From: Convolutriloba macropyga
Taxonomy: Eukaryota
Reading direction: 5' to 3'
NCBI RefSeq assembly: GCF_964194025.1
Contig: NC_134474.1
Location: 40,548,001-40,612,000, forward strand
DNA length: 64,000 bases
The notes under the pieces were generated by a model. The model was not told the DNA's origin. It did not search any database and worked only from the letters and a program-made list of their open reading frames with translations. This document shows, in pieces, positions 1-14,301 of this stretch; within the stretch, counting starts at the first letter, position 1; each line of letters opens with the position of its first letter. The translations under genes and the position numbers were made by a program.

Positions 1-412
1 TCCCACTTACGGCTAAACAGGGGTAGTAAGGGGATCATGATTTTCAGGTGCTTTCAAAAACTTAAAACAGGTCATGTGGTTCCTCAGCGGTAATTATCGG
101 CAAAAGAAAAAACTGATCAGGAAACTAGTCAGATATCTTTAATATTAGTCTTGTACTACAGGAAATGTGTGACAGCTTTAACATTACAAGAGTCAGTTTT
201 AAAACTGACACCTTTTGATTAGCATGATCATAATATACCGTAATATTGGAAAAGTCATATTACAGAGTTACCTTCTCCCAATTATTTTTAAAACATTTTT
301 TGGCATATATAGTTTATTCTCTTAGACCACTGAATTGTATCGCGTTATTAGTTGTAAAAACTTCTCTCGCGCATTCTATATTTTATCACTCGGAATAAGT
401 TTGTGGTACATA

Positions 413-3348
413 TTACATGAGTCCCTCGAGTGACCGTTCGGTTCTTTCTGTGGCCAGTTGAGAATCGAGCAGTTTGACACAGTCTGGAACGTAGATATAT
501 TCAGTCGGCACGTGTCGAGTAAGAGATGTCAGACACGACACAAACTTAAGCTTCTTCTCAAATTTGTTGCTGGTGAAAACCTAAAAAAGTCAATCAATAT
601 AAAAACTGAATCAGCGCAGCCCAAAAACTAACTCACACTGAATAGACGCTAAAATCGATCGCGAGGGTGACGAAATCTTATTAATTTTGGTTCTTTCAAA
701 TATATAAATATACCCCCCAACGATATCAGCCCATCACTATGGTATATTTACGATAATAATTGGGGGATGGGGCTATACATTATATGAACACTAAGCTTGG
801 GGAGTGGGGTGTCAAAATTGGAACGACCCATCATGCCTTAAAAATCCCAAACTATGTCAATTGGCTAAATACTGAAATTAAATACAATCCCCTTTTTACG
901 CAATAAAAGCAAAAAGAAAAGACATGCAGCATCGTAGTTGTGCTGTTTCGGGGTTAATTCTTTTGTGCTTAAAAGTTAGTGCGTGAGGTAATGAATGCGG
1001 TATATAGGGGAAAGCGTTACGAATACCTCTACCACTCCTCACCTTGGCAAGTTTCATTCCAGTCTTCACCCAGAAATCCGGATGTACCAAATAGAGGGCC
1101 TGAAGATGTTTACGCACTCTGTGATCGATATGAGAAAAGCACTTCTTCAGCCAATTCAAGCTAGGCGTCACCGAGTCATCAGCACCCCCATGTAAATACA
1201 CCAACACGTAGTCGCCCGTTATTAACAACTGTATGGAACTGATAACATACAAAAACAAATTTTCTAGAATATATTTGTAATCTGGTCGTTTCTTCTCAGG
1301 CATGTAGCAAGCTGAGAATACTAAAATCATCTGGCCAGTATGCGTAAATCCTCCATGAGACAAAACCTTTTTGAAAGGATCTAAAACTTTCATGTCAATT
1401 CGCTTCTCGGTTCCATTGATGTAGGTTACACGCCACCGTCTAGTTGCTTGGATATTGATTGAGGTATCAATTAGTTTATCGTCAAATAGGTCTTCATTCA
1501 CGGACGAGTCACGGCGCCTAACATCGTCAACTCCTCCAAACCCTCCTCCCAGCTCCTGGTCATCCCACTCGAACTCGTACCCTCCGGAGGCCCCTGGAGT
1601 GTGGGCGATCTGGGAATCCTCAAGGTCAATTCCGTACTCTTCCTCTAACCGTCTCTTTTGTTCTGCAAAAGTTTCCCGCATTTCATCTACATCAACATCT
1701 TCTGAATCACTAAAAAGAACTGAAGAGTTCTTGGCAAGATCTGAGATTTCATCATCTTGCCATTCGTCAAATAGTTTAATGTTCTGTTCGCTTTCTGATG
1801 GAATTAATCTAGTTTTTGGCTGGTTAATTTTAGGCGTTGGTTGGACCAGTTTCAGATACCTATTACGTTCTTGGCATTCACGTTGTGACGCGAGTAAAGG
1901 TTCTCTGTAATCGATATCTGTCGGCATAAATCTCGGTATTTCAAAGTCAACTATCTGGCGTTTTGTATTGCGGGTTTGGGGTTCGATTCTTGGTTTTCCT
2001 GTTTCAGATGAATTGTGGCCTAAGCTAGCTGTTAACATTGCAGTGGTCAAAGGATCTGTAATGCACTCTTGAGCACCCTTGGTCGAGGTCCCTCTAAGTG
2101 CCTGGCTCCTTAAGTGGTTCAGCCTGGATGTATGGAAAGTTTGGTGCTTCACAAATTTTGTCACCATCTTGTGATACTCTTCACGTGAATTAGGTAACTC
2201 TGAAATGTACGCATGATATTTAGAGGAATCGACGCCATCAGCTATCATTTCCTGGCAGAGATTTGAGGCTACTACATTTTCGTTGTGCAAATCAAAAAGG
2301 TAATCATCCACATTAATGTTGACACCTGGCTGCGCTTTAGTCACTTCGGTTGGAATTTCATTCGAGGTTAATTCTTCATCAGCATCAACTATCGAGTCCA
2401 TATGCTGGATAAATTCTTCATTCTGTTTCCTGAATAATTCAAAAGCCTCTTCGGTTCCCGGTAAATCGGTTCTGTCATAGCCTATACGTCCCAGATCGTC
2501 GTCATTATCAAGTTCTGGTAATGTCCCTCGATTCCTCTCGACTTGATCATCTTCTAAACTGTCTTGTTCAATGTTCTCCGATACGACATTTTCTTCGCCA
2601 TCATCCTCCACAGTTAAGTTATTGTCTAACTTGGAGAGAAGTTCTTGGGTGTCCAAAAGAGTTGCACCCGTGGATGGAGGAACAGAGAACCGGGAGAATG
2701 CACTATCAACCGAGTAACTGTTGGGTGGAGTCTGAGGGTAGCTGGAACCATGGGACCTCGGAGACAGGGATCCACTTGTGAGAGAGTAGATTCCTGATGT
2801 CACACCTAGTACATAAAAAACCGTTTTATGTAAAGCTTCCTGTATTATAAATCATCAGACTCCTTTGAAGTCAATTTTAGTGTATAACTGCACCCGGCCT
2901 CCACTAAGTTCGAATGGATCAGTTAATTCCCCATTTCTGTTCAAACTGGATACAGGGTGCCATAAATAACAAGGTGAAGACAAAACACTAGATCCCAGTA
3001 ACTGTTGAAAACAAAAGCATTATCTAATCTAGATCATCTAAACAAAAAATTGACCAACAAAAACATAGGCCAGAACCAATAATCTTTGGAAGCAAAATTT
3101 GAAGCTCCAAAAAATTGTAGCATTACTTCTATATTAGATAGTTGATGTACCGCTGCCTTGATCAAAAAATCGAAATCCTTATAACCTGTAGATAATGTTC
3201 CTGCAGGTGACGCTGATGACTCATTTGCTGCACTTTGCAACCCGTGTCCGACCGCTCCAGGTGACGGGTTTCCGCTGTTGTCATCCGGAGGTACGGGTGT
3301 TTCCTGTTCATCAGCAGGAGGGAACACAATTTGTGTCGTATCAGCCAT
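413..3348 (-). CDS. BCH/CRAL-TRIO domain protein (BNIP2/caytaxin/PRUNE2 family); exons 3348-3186, 2805-1043, 580-413
   Basis: The C-terminus has the BNIP2-type segment 'RRWRV...IDMKVLDPFKKVLSHGG...LENLFLYVI...YVLVYLHG...LYLVHPDFWVK'. Splicing AAG|GTGAG (1043) to ttttttAG| (580) gives 'VFTSNKFEKKLKFV...VPTEYIYVPDCVK', matching the BNIP2 C-terminus. The exon1/2 junction is phase 1 (G|GT) and in frame; ATG context is aaaATGg. The long N-terminal region is acidic and low-complexity. Confidence 0.88.
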
Positions 3349-5613
3349 TTTGGTCACAACGATTTGCTACTGTTACGCTGTGGCTGAATAGGATGTCTTG
3401 GCAACTAGCGAAAAGACATACGAAGGAAATAAAAAACAGCCTCATCTAAAAATAGGGAATCGCGCAGTTGCTTCATGATTTGCAAAACAATTCATCCACG
3501 CAGTAAAAAAACGTAAAGCAGGTCAATAAGCACAAACGAAAGGTAATAAATGGCTCGTTAGTAAAGCATTTAGACAATTAGACACGCTTTCATTGCTGCT
3601 TTAAAAACAAAAGACATTTTGAAGGCAATCTATTCAACAGTCACCGAGCGAATCCTTTCAATAAAACGTCATGAACTTTTGACAAAAGCTTTTAAAAAAG
3701 CCTCGTAGAGAAAGCAAAATTAGAAAAAAAATGGAAAAAAAATCAAAATTCCACGGGAATTGAACTCATTATTTCCATAGGAAGCAATGCTTCCAGCTAA
3801 GTATGGTAAGAATGGTATAAAATTGTGACGGATGAAGGAATTCTAATCGCACCAAATTAAAGTGACACAATTTAGCGACAGCAGCGACTAACACATGTTT
3901 AACTCCATTCAATACATTATGCATAAATTCTGCACATTTTCACATTTTGCAACGCATACTTGTTCCAACGCAACTAAGGAGATACAACAAATACTTTTGA
4001 GCTCAGCAAAAATAGAACAAACATTACATGACTTCCATAATAGAGCTACAGAACCAGTTGCTACGGCAGACAAGATGCTTTATAGTTCAATAGCCGGATA
4101 AAAACCTCAAACTAAAAGTGATAACACCAGACTACTAGAAAAAAAATTATTGAGCTTGAACTTAATTCAATTTGGTTTAAGGAAACTGAAGGCTAAAAAC
4201 TGCAAATAACACATTTTGATTTTCTTCTACACCTGAACAGCGTGATGCTTACGTTAGCTGATCGGTCGCATAGTTTGTCGTACATTCCACATTGACACAT
4301 GAAAAAATCAGTGTTTGTGTAACATTTGCGTGATGAGTCGCATGATGTTCTGCCGAAATTTACATATTCCCTATTTCTTGAGTCACGTATTCCCCATTGT
4401 TTACGTATTCCCTAACCAAGAGTCAAGTAATTAGAACAAGACCATAGTATGAGGGCACTTAAATCATTCTAAATTTCTTCCAATCATAGATTAGAAGAGC
4501 AATATTTACTGGGGGCACAGAACATAAACAATATTGTTAGAATATACTAAAACCAAAACCGCTCCTAGCAAATAACACATTGCGTTTTAAACAACTTTTA
4601 CAAATTGGGTTCCAACCGATAGGTAAGCGTTGTATAAGAGCCACGAATCTTGTTCATAACCAAAATGGCTTATTTTTACACAACAGTGATGTGTGATCCA
4701 CTGAGTCAAAAGCCTCGGTACCACCCCAACTGAACAATTATTTGTTCCATCTTCTCCCTAAACTGCAAAAGCATCCCGTACAAAATTAGCAGTTTGGGTA
4801 ATCGTTGAATGCCCTGACCAAAATCGACCTTGCCGAATGCTTATCCAATATTCTACTTTAAATATATGTAGAAGAAGAACACTTCTCCCAAAATTAAAGA
4901 TGAACTTACAAGAATTCAAATTGGTTGACATTTCTCATTACCCGCACGCGATCACTTTTCTGTGAATAGGTGTACCTGCAGCATACTTCCACGCCTGTTC
5001 AGACACACCAAAAATGGCGCTAAAATTATTGTCCATTTATTGTGAGCAACCGTAGCAAGCAGTAACAGCTGCCTAGGGCGCATAAAAGAAGATGCGCAAA
5101 TCTTTTACATCAATAAAACAAAATTTGGCATACTGATCTCATTACCGTGCACCATCTTCAGATTTCAGATGACGTTGAGAGGACGTTGATACTATTCATT
5201 CGGTTCTACAGAGCACTGCCAAATAACTTATGAATTTCACTTCGCATTGTGAGCGATGCTGAACGAATACTTTCTTAAGAACTGACCCAAAAGATAGGTC
5301 CTGCTTACCTATACAATATCGACTAATGTTGAACAGCTGAATTGCACATATTCGCACCACAAAAAGGAATAAGTACGTATCAGCAATAAAAGGCAAAAAA
5401 CGAAAAAAAGCAGATCAAAGTCAACAATGAGCTCAGTCTGTGGTATCCGACTGATTGTCGATGACACGCTGAAAATATACAGTGAAAATTCAATAGAAGA
5501 AGCTAAATAACGACAAAGAGTAGTATAGGATTGCGAAGTGTAAAACTAAAACTATATGGTTATAAAAATTAGCTAAGACAATTAAGCAGGAAAGTTAATT
5601 CCTTATTATTCCA

Positions 5614-7760
5614 ACCCACTTAGGTGGGGGAGAACTATACAATCAAATGGGTTTTTAGTTCAGTCAATTTTGACCGATCGATATATTCATCGTAGAAAGT
5701 TGTGATTGGTATCATTAGAAAGCCCGTACAGCGTAGAAAACGGAAATGAAAAGATTTTTCTGTATTTCGTTTTTTCTAGGCAGTTATCGAGTTTCAAATA
5801 TTTGTGGACATTGGAATGATATTCCTAGTTTTTGTTCACATTTTAGGGAATTTTTGCCGATTTTTTGTTAATTTTGCTAAAATTTGTTAATTTTGTTAAC
5901 AATGGTGCTTTTCATTTCGCGTAAAGAAACAGAGGAGAGTGGCTAACACTTTTGATCAGACCATTTTAGCTTACAAACTGGTTTTTCTAATATTTAGCCT
6001 TGGTTTAATCCAAAATGGCCTTAAAAGTTTCTTGGGCTAACTTTTTTCAAATTTGCCGGAGGTACAAACCTCAAACTGCTGACAAACGTTTGAATCAATT
6101 CAAAAAAGGTCAGTTTTTTGCAAAGTTAAAACAATCATTATCCTAACTGAATCTTTGAATTTTGATATATTGACATTTTGTCGCCAAAGTATCTCTTGGT
6201 TACTAATGGAAGAATACTAATGGAGAGAATATAATGATTTCTATGTCCTCAACAATGTTTTTTTCTTTTCGAATAAAATTCTTCTGTTTTACTCGCCTTT
6301 CTTACAATCTCAAGACTGAGTATCAATAAATAAAGACAGAGCTGGCTTCCCTAAATGGTAAACTTGAACCTATATAATGCTTCCAGTTGACGCGTAATGG
6401 CTCTTGTGTTTTTGAATATATTTGCTTTAGAAAGTCTTTTTAAACTTTTCCACTAATCTCAAAATTCTGCCACTTCCTTCTGGTGAGTGAAAGTAAAGTC
6501 TTTCTAGAGGCTATTACTTTTAACTACTGGCTTAATTGCTTCGATACCACGGGTTCTAAATACTTTTTTGACTTTTGGACGCCGTTTTGGAAGCCCTTTT
6601 TGCTGCCCTGTCCAATTATCATTTTGATAACAGATCACATAACGTTTGCAAGAAAACGCATGTATACAAATAGATTTTTTTAGTGAATAGCGTATGATTT
6701 TAACGGCTTTAACGAGCTATCTCACATTCTGGATACTGGTAGGTCTTAGCGGCGTCTTCTGGAGACATAAACAACCGTATTTCATGCTCTAAGTTGGTTG
6801 CTTATGGAACCAATGACCTGAAATTTTTTGTTTTGAACAATTTGGTCGACCTTTTGAACTCTGCCCCTTTCTGTTTTTCTTTCTGACTACGTGTATCTTA
6901 GTTTTATTATTGACATCTCCCATCCACTTTGGGCAGAGCAAACAATAATTATTTTTTGTTTTTATGTTGTTGTTTTGTTGCAACAAAAATGACGTTTTCC
7001 ATTAGCTTTGATGATGAGAACTGTTAATCATATACAATGGCATTAATGAATATCACATGGTTTCAACTACTTCAAAACCGTTTTCTCGCAAGTTTAAACT
7101 GAATACTGGATTTCTAGATGCATTTGTCAGTCTCTATTGTAGTCTTATGGCAAATGCTGGATGAGACAAATAAATGGTTCCCTGTATAAACGAATAAAAG
7201 CGGATATTCAGTATTTTCAGTTGAGAGCTAATGCTTTTTTTTTACTTCGAAATTATTTTTAAAACGTATTTTCAAATTTTGCTCTTTTTGTACTCTTTCT
7301 GTGTTCTTGTTACATAGTCCCAGTAAGAACCGGCCGCAACAAGAAATGTAAGTTTCATGTTCCAAGAAACATGTAAGTTTCATTTTGCTGATGCCAAATG
7401 TTAATTGATGTCTTAGTTGATACTTTTTAGACTTTTGTCTGGTATTATGTGTTGACAATTCCAGTTTTCCATTACGCCTTTGTAAAACATTAGATATCAA
7501 TTTTTGATCGCAAATAAGTTTTTTAATTGATTTTGTTGTTTAACTTGTCTCCTATTTTCAACAATGACAAGTATCATCGGTTCTCCAAGGTGGCATTATT
7601 TATAACATTTTCTCGCTGCTAACGAATGCTCTTATCGGCTCCGATGAATAACATAAGACTATCTAGTATTTGCAGTTGACAGCTGATGGTTGACTTTTCT
7701 TCCTTTTATTCGTGCTCTTCTTACAACGCATTGTTAAGGTAAGGTCACATCTGCTTTGAG
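5614..7760. mobile_element. Degenerate unclassified DNA-transposon-like remnant; right boundary approximate
   Basis: The left end (CCCAC..GTGGGGG..AACTATA..GATCGATATATTCATCGTA..GGTATCATTAGAAAG) recurs at ~52650. It is followed by broken K/C-rich minus-strand ORFs. Confidence 0.35.
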
Positions 7761-8599
7761 ATGAAGTACAAGTTGATTTCTTTTAGTTTAGATTTTGAGT
7801 TAGACGGGAATTGATGTAGTCTGTGCGCATGTTTTATTCTCCTTACGATTTGACCTTAGCCTCGGAAGTTGTCTTTTATCCTCTAAAATTCATTTTTGTA
7901 ACCTCTTAGGATAAAACTCGACATTAATGCGTTTGAAGTGCCCTCCCATATTCGACTGGTGACGTTCAACTGATAAAATGTTTACTAGCTGGCAAAGCGA
8001 TGGGAGCAAGCAGTAGCTTTCAATCTTGTTACCCATCCTTTCGAATTGCTCTCCTAAATCAAAGAACTTTCTACTGATGATAAAGTTGGTCCGCTGAATG
8101 AGGGGTGAATTTAGTGGCTATCAATATTTTGTCATACTCCGTAATATTTTCTTCACAAAAGTAGGGAACGATTATACACCACATGGGTTAGAGGAGCCTG
8201 TTTCTACAGGGATTCGGGACAGACGTCAAGGAAAGCTTAACTCGAAGCGAGGAAAGCTGGAATTGAGCATAATGTCTATTAAAATCTGTGCTCAGTGAGC
8301 AAATTAGGTCTCTGACTGAAAATCGCGGAAATATTGAACCAGTTTTAAGGCAATGACGAGAGGCCCGGACAGAAATGTCTTAGCATTGAGAAACAATTAT
8401 ACTGCCACAACCAGCTCCATTCTGTTAGCCCGATATGTGTGAGAACTATCCTACCCATTTGTAGGATTCGGTTATGCTTCACGATCAAAATGGGGAGCTA
8501 ATACCCTTCGCAAGAGGCATCGATGTTTCTCGGAGCCAGGTGTCGTGACCTCGACACTACATACATCAAGGCGTAGCGAAAGCATTACATTCCATGACA

Positions 8600-9720
8600 A
8601 TCAACAGCCTAATATACAACAGGATAGGTATGTAAACCAGGAATTAAATGCCTGAAAGTAGCCAGAATTTTGCTTTTTTTTTCAAAAACAGCGATCGTAG
8701 CGACCCCACAAACTATTGAACAATCTCACTACTTCCAACAACTTAACTAAATACTTTTATTGATCTAAAAAAGCTCTCGATAGTGAATCATGAGCCATTT
8801 CTTAAAATGTGTGAACACTACGGACTTGGAGGAATGGTACTCAACAATCCTGATCTCGGAATTTAACAGACCGACTTCAATATATTAAAAAAGGCAACGT
8901 TGAATCTGCAAAGAAAAGCGTCAGATGTGGTCTACCTCAATGACATTCCAACCAAAAAATCAAAAGAAAGCAGGACTACACTATATGCTGACGATGAAGC
9001 TGTTTTTAATAAAGATAGTATTGAGAATGTAGGGATAAAACACGACGCCACATTTGACGCAGTTGCGAATGGGTTTCATAAAATTAAATAAAAATTAACA
9101 CAATACATGGTGTCCGGAAAAAGTGACCCAGCACAAACCAAAAATCGATCGAGCAGAAATCGAAGAAACCATCTCTTTTATTTTAAGGCAACTAGTTGAA
9201 ATTCAAAGACTAAATAAATTACGCCAAAAAGAAGCTTATAAAGTTCTGCTCTCTATTTTACAGATTGCGCCTTATTTTTACGAGAACACAGCTTCTAAGG
9301 AATTTCAAAATTTATGTCAAACCAAATGTAAAATATGAAATTTTAATCTACAGATCTACTAACAAAACTTTTTTTAAAAACCAATCAACGAGTTGATAAA
9401 AAGAATCTTAAGGTAATTTTGAGGAAACGTAAGCACGAGTCCACTGAGCAAATACGAGTCCACTAGGCCAAATGTTTTCAGCCATAATAGCGGACTCCGA
9501 TTTGAATGAAATGATGGAGAGAAAACGTGGAGAGTATTTACAAGCTGGTAGACAAAGATTCGATAGTAATTCTCTGACAGTAAGAGTTCATCTGATGCTA
9601 AAATTGGCACTGAATTACAACAATTCATTTTTTGAAGATGTTAGAACAATAAAAAAAATCAAACGTAAAAGGATTTTGCCATACATTTTTGGATCCTTAT
9701 ATAATTGGTAGCCAGGAGTT
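8600..9720 (+). mobile_element. Highly decayed non-LTR (LINE) RT remnant; boundaries approximate
   Basis: 'RTTLYADDEAVF' (YADD) in ORF 8900-9091; downstream frameshifted fragments resemble LINE ORF2 C-termini. Confidence 0.55.
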
Positions 9721-11878
9721 GCTAAACAATTTCGTTCATATACATTGGCGCAAATAAATAAATTTTGGTCGTTAAAAATGCCGTTTTTTCAATAGTTAAC
9801 CTGTATTCGATTTGATAAATTTTTATAACCAAAATTTTTTCCAACTAAAATTGAACATCTTCTGCGAGGCGCCTGAAAACAAACCAGATAGGTTTAATGG
9901 CGACCTTGTAGTGTCACACATTGTAATCAATTGTATCTGTACAATGAATCTAATTTTGACTATTGTATGGTATTGCACTACGAACAATTTATTATTGTTA
10001 CTCAAAATACTCACAGATCCTTCTTAATGAGAATCTGGACTTGCTGAGCGGGCATCCTTTGTGGGTGGCTACACTTATATTGAAAATTGTATATTGAGAA
10101 ATGCATCGCTCAAGTGAGGACTTGCCAATACCTACATGACAACGAAGAACTCAACCATTGCTGATAGATCATCTCGCTCGGCCGCCATCGAATCAGATGA
10201 CTCGACATCAGATGATCGATGGCAGGGTAGCAAGAGTAGCCGGAAAACTCAACCTCTTCCGGGTGGCCTCAAAAGAGCACGCTTCAATCGCAGAACATCA
10301 AAAGCATAGTTCAAGAGTGTGAATCCGTTTAAAAGGCAAGATTGCTTGTCGATTACCATTACAAAGGCTCAAACAGTTTTCAAAAATATCCATGGAAGTG
10401 AGTTAATGTTTTTAAATTTTTTTTTCAAATAACTCATCATAAACACAGTCAACAAATAAAAAGTCAGTGGCAATTAGATGTCAGGAAGAAGATTTCAAAA
10501 AGGTAAAGGGATAGATATTGAAGCTTCTAAAAACAAAAGAGCGTTCAATATAATAAGTAATACTTCACTATTTGCTACAATTATTTCGTCACAGAAGACT
10601 TATCGGGCTTCTACGCAGGATTTCTCCAAGAAATTAGAGCGTGGTGTAAGAATTACAAGACGGTTCCTGCGAGTCTGTGCATAGTACAGAATGTTCCAAC
10701 ATACAACTCAAGGTTGCAAAAACAACTTTTAATTCTGTCACAAACACAAAAGCAACAACACCAAAACATCATTTGAAAGATTTTCTTTTTGACAATGGGT
10801 CAATACTCAAGGTTAGTCACTTTTCATATAGATCTTCTGTCTTTTTTTGTCTTTTTTCTAAGAAAAACTAGATGTGGACTTAATGAGGCAATTGTATTGC
10901 TAAATTTAATTTCAAAATTAATTTTGCAAAAACTACTTTTAAATTCTGTCAGAGAAACCGTTGGGAGTATCCAAAAGCATATGAATTGGAGAAAGTTACC
11001 TGTGCTGTTTGAACCAAAAAATATGCCGTCTTTTTCAGACGAAGAAGGCAGACAAAATCAAAAACTCTTCACCCAGGGATATTCAAGCAACAAGGTTACT
11101 AGAGAAGTTTATTAAGCGAGTTCAAGCATCGACGTCTCGTAGAAGTTTATTAAGGAGATGCTTAAATCATACGTCTCAAAGATATGTTTCAGTGAAGCAT
11201 AATTTAGAACAATACCGTCCAGACAGAAACAGTTTAACTCTTTCCATAAAAATGTAATTTCTGCAAACGAATATTTAATTTTAATTGGCATGAAACTGTT
11301 CTCACGCTCTCCCTCTCCTGCTATTTTATCCCGCAATCGGCAGAAATTATTATTCGCATCAGAGAAATATGAGAAAACCAAAAAAACCCCAAAAGATATG
11401 CTCCTATAAAATACGACTAAATAGCTCCAGTATGGACCCATTCATGACGCCCTACAAGAAGCAGAAAAATCGGATAAATTCTTGGGAAAAGTGAGGCGCT
11501 GCGTAAAAATATGAGCATTTCTAAATATTGAAAATGTTGAAACAAATCCCGTGCGATAGCAGCTCTAACTGAAAAACCAGGACGTGCAACGACTTTAATA
11601 GAATTCTTATCAATAAGCAGACATTAATTTGGCCTGAATTATTAAAGTACGATGAAAATATCTATTTGCAGTGACATAATACAGCTTTCAAAAACAGGCA
11701 GATAATGACCCGTTTCGTAAAAAATATTGTGTTCCACAAAATGTATTTCTGCCGCTTTGGAGCAATTATTATGATTCATAGGAAATGAGATTTTATGTTT
11801 TGTGTGAGGGACATTCAAGCGATAAAAGTATAAAGGATTAAAGCAATTAAAAGGTAATTGAAAGCAATCTGATAGAAT

Positions 11879-12306
11879 CGGTTACATGACAATTTACCTA
11901 ATGCCATTATATCCAATGCGAAAATACCCAATGCAATTATACCCAATTCACATGGATGTTTTCGTTCAATAAGCCGAGTACTAACTAGCAGAAAATAGTT
12001 CTTAAACGTATGATTTAACAAGCAGATAATTTAATCCCATGTTCGGTTGTGATAGTTTCATATTAAGTCCCACGGGCCGCTGAGGCATGGCCATGACCAT
12101 TAAGCATAATACTTTAATCAGTTGTTCGGTTCTGATATTTTCATATCAAGTCCCACGGGCCACTGAGGCATGGCCATTAAGTATGTTAAAACATACGGGT
12201 AATAGTGACTGCTAATTTGTTGTCGGATTATTGAACGAAAATATCAAAGTACATTGGGCATAATGGCACTGGGTATAATTTCATTTGGTAAATTGTCCCG
12301 ATACCG
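11879..12306. mobile_element. MITE with CGGT..GACAATTTACC terminal inverted repeats, ~15-bp subterminal repeats and a 2-bp AT TSD
   Basis: Left end CGGTTACATGACAATTTACCTAATG; reverse complement of the right end CGGTATCGGGACAATTTACCAAATG; AT at 11877-78 and 12307-08. Confidence 0.75.
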
Positions 12307-12667
12307 ATAAAATCTGATAGCATTAATTGCACCATTTCGACCACGGCTCCGTTGAGTAATGGCAGATTTTGCAGACCTTTATTTAGCAATGCTTAAATCG
12401 CTATTTTTTTGGCCATGAACAAAGTAAATTCTGCAGACTGGCATTTGAATTTAAGTGACCAGCAATTGTCAAGCTCTCCATCCCATGCTAATTTACTCCG
12501 CGATCGACAGAAACCATTCTTCCTAGCACAAAAACCTTGAAGCCTGCAAAAATTTTAAAACATAACCCGACAAATGTCGGAAGAATTGCTCTTGAACGAC
12601 AGGCGAGGCAATTTAATTCAGGGTCTGTAGCCTATATCCATTGTTCTTTATGTGTGCAAAAAAAGCT

Positions 12668-12739
12668 TGCCCCCAACGGGATTCGCACCTCTGACCTCCC
12701 GATCCATAGGCACCCGCACTAACCACTGCGCTAAGAGTC
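12668..12739 (-). pseudogene. tRNA-like sequence (tRNA pseudogene or SINE-type head)
   Basis: Minus strand has an A box TAGCGCAGTGG, a B box GGTGCGAATCC and a following T-run. The acceptor stem pairs poorly. Confidence 0.6.
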
Positions 12740-14301
12740 ACTTATTATACCTATACTGCAACCAATTATATATTAGCAACAAACTTTACTTCGGAGTGAG
12801 AGCAATAGAGATCACTCAAAATGATGAACGAAAGCGTAAAAAGTCACTTGATAAGTCAAAGAATGTTCTAGAAGAAAAGTGCAGAATTGTCAAGCGAAAA
12901 ATTTGCATACAAAAAGACACGCACGTTTACAACAATTGCTATGAACTTCGTTCAAGAGCAATTAATATATGCTCCTATAAGATACAGCTTGAATTTGTAC
13001 CCACTTAAAAAGTTCGCTGATATGCAGAAAAATCAGACATTTGATGGAGAAAAACAGGCTTCTTGCAAAAAAACTTTACAGTCTCTAAATAATGAAACTT
13101 ATGAAACGAATCCTGTGCGAAGGCAGATTTTACCAATTTTACCATGCCTTGAACTTCAATTCGACATCTTAAATAGAATCTATACCATTGGGCAGACATA
13201 ATTAACGCCTGAAAAATCCATGTAAGATCAGAATACTTCCCAATATTCAAATATATCAAATCTGAAAGCTATAATTCAAGTTACGCGTTAAAGCTTTCGA
13301 AAACGGGCACACAAATCCTTTGCCACAAAAATGTATTTTTTACAGCTTTGGAGTAATTATTATCATTCTCATGAAAAGATATAACTGTGTAGGGGACACT
13401 CAAGCGAAAAGGGGTATTCAGGATTAAGAGTCAATTGAAAGCAATTTTTGTAAATTCCGGCAGCATTTCAAGAATGAATTTGAGCATAAAAACGTTACGT
13501 AATGAAAAATTTTGTAAAAATTTCTTGAAAGTTTCTTAAACAATACGTCAAATTTTTCAGTGTAGCATAATTTGGAATAAACCCCTTCACACTTAAACAC
13601 TTAAAACTTCATTTCCGACAAAATATTTTAATTGTTGCAAATGCACATTTAATTTAAATGATATGAAATTGTTGTCAGGCTTTCGACTTCCCCCTATATC
13701 GGCCCGCGATAGGCAGACATCATAATTCATATCAAAGAAATCTTGAAAATCCAAAAACATGCTATTATAAGCTACGGTTGAACAGTTCCTATATGGACCC
13801 ACTCATAACGTCCTCTATAATGCCAAGAAAAATAAGATATTTCCAGAAAAACAGGCCTCGCGTAAAATGTGGGCCTCGATTTCACTTAAATATTGAAACC
13901 TTTGAAACGAATCATGTGCCAACCCAGACTTTTCCCGAAATACGGAGGCTTGAACTTCAGATAGAATTCATATCATTGAACAGACATAATTTTTGGCCTA
14001 AATAAGTCATGCATGATAACAACATTACCCAACATTCGAATAGATAAAATCTGAAAGAGCTACTTCCATTGACATGATAAAGCTTTCAAAAACGGGCACA
14101 CAATGACCCTTTTTTAAAATCTCTTTCCAGAAAAATGTTTTAATTTTTCTTGAAAAAATAAAGTCCTATTTCAACTTTGCTCTGTAACAGCGCAAAACAT
14201 CAAGAAGAGAGAACGATTATCCTGTTAGAGCTTCCAACGATGAGGCTGTCATTGCTTCCACACATAATTCGGACAGCTGTACAAATACTTTAATCCGACA
14301 A

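Larger units (their letters stand above)
11250..14115 (+). repeat. Three diverged, partial direct copies of a ~0.35-0.6 kb repeat (~11250-11870, ~13090-13445, ~13640-14115)
   Basis: Shared blocks: TGGACCCA(T/C)TCAT(G/A)ACG (11432, 13793), GAAAC(A/G)AATC..GTGC, AGCTTTC(A/G)AAAAC(A/G)GGCA, CCACAAAA(A)TGTATTT. Confidence 0.7.

Noticed and set aside
896-1042. C-terminal 'VRSGRG...FAFIA' of the 635-aa ORF
   Set aside because: Intron read-through past the GTGAG donor; the real C-terminus is exon 580-413.
12668-12739. Functional tRNA gene
   Set aside because: Mispaired acceptor stem, altered T-loop, and embedded in a repeat.
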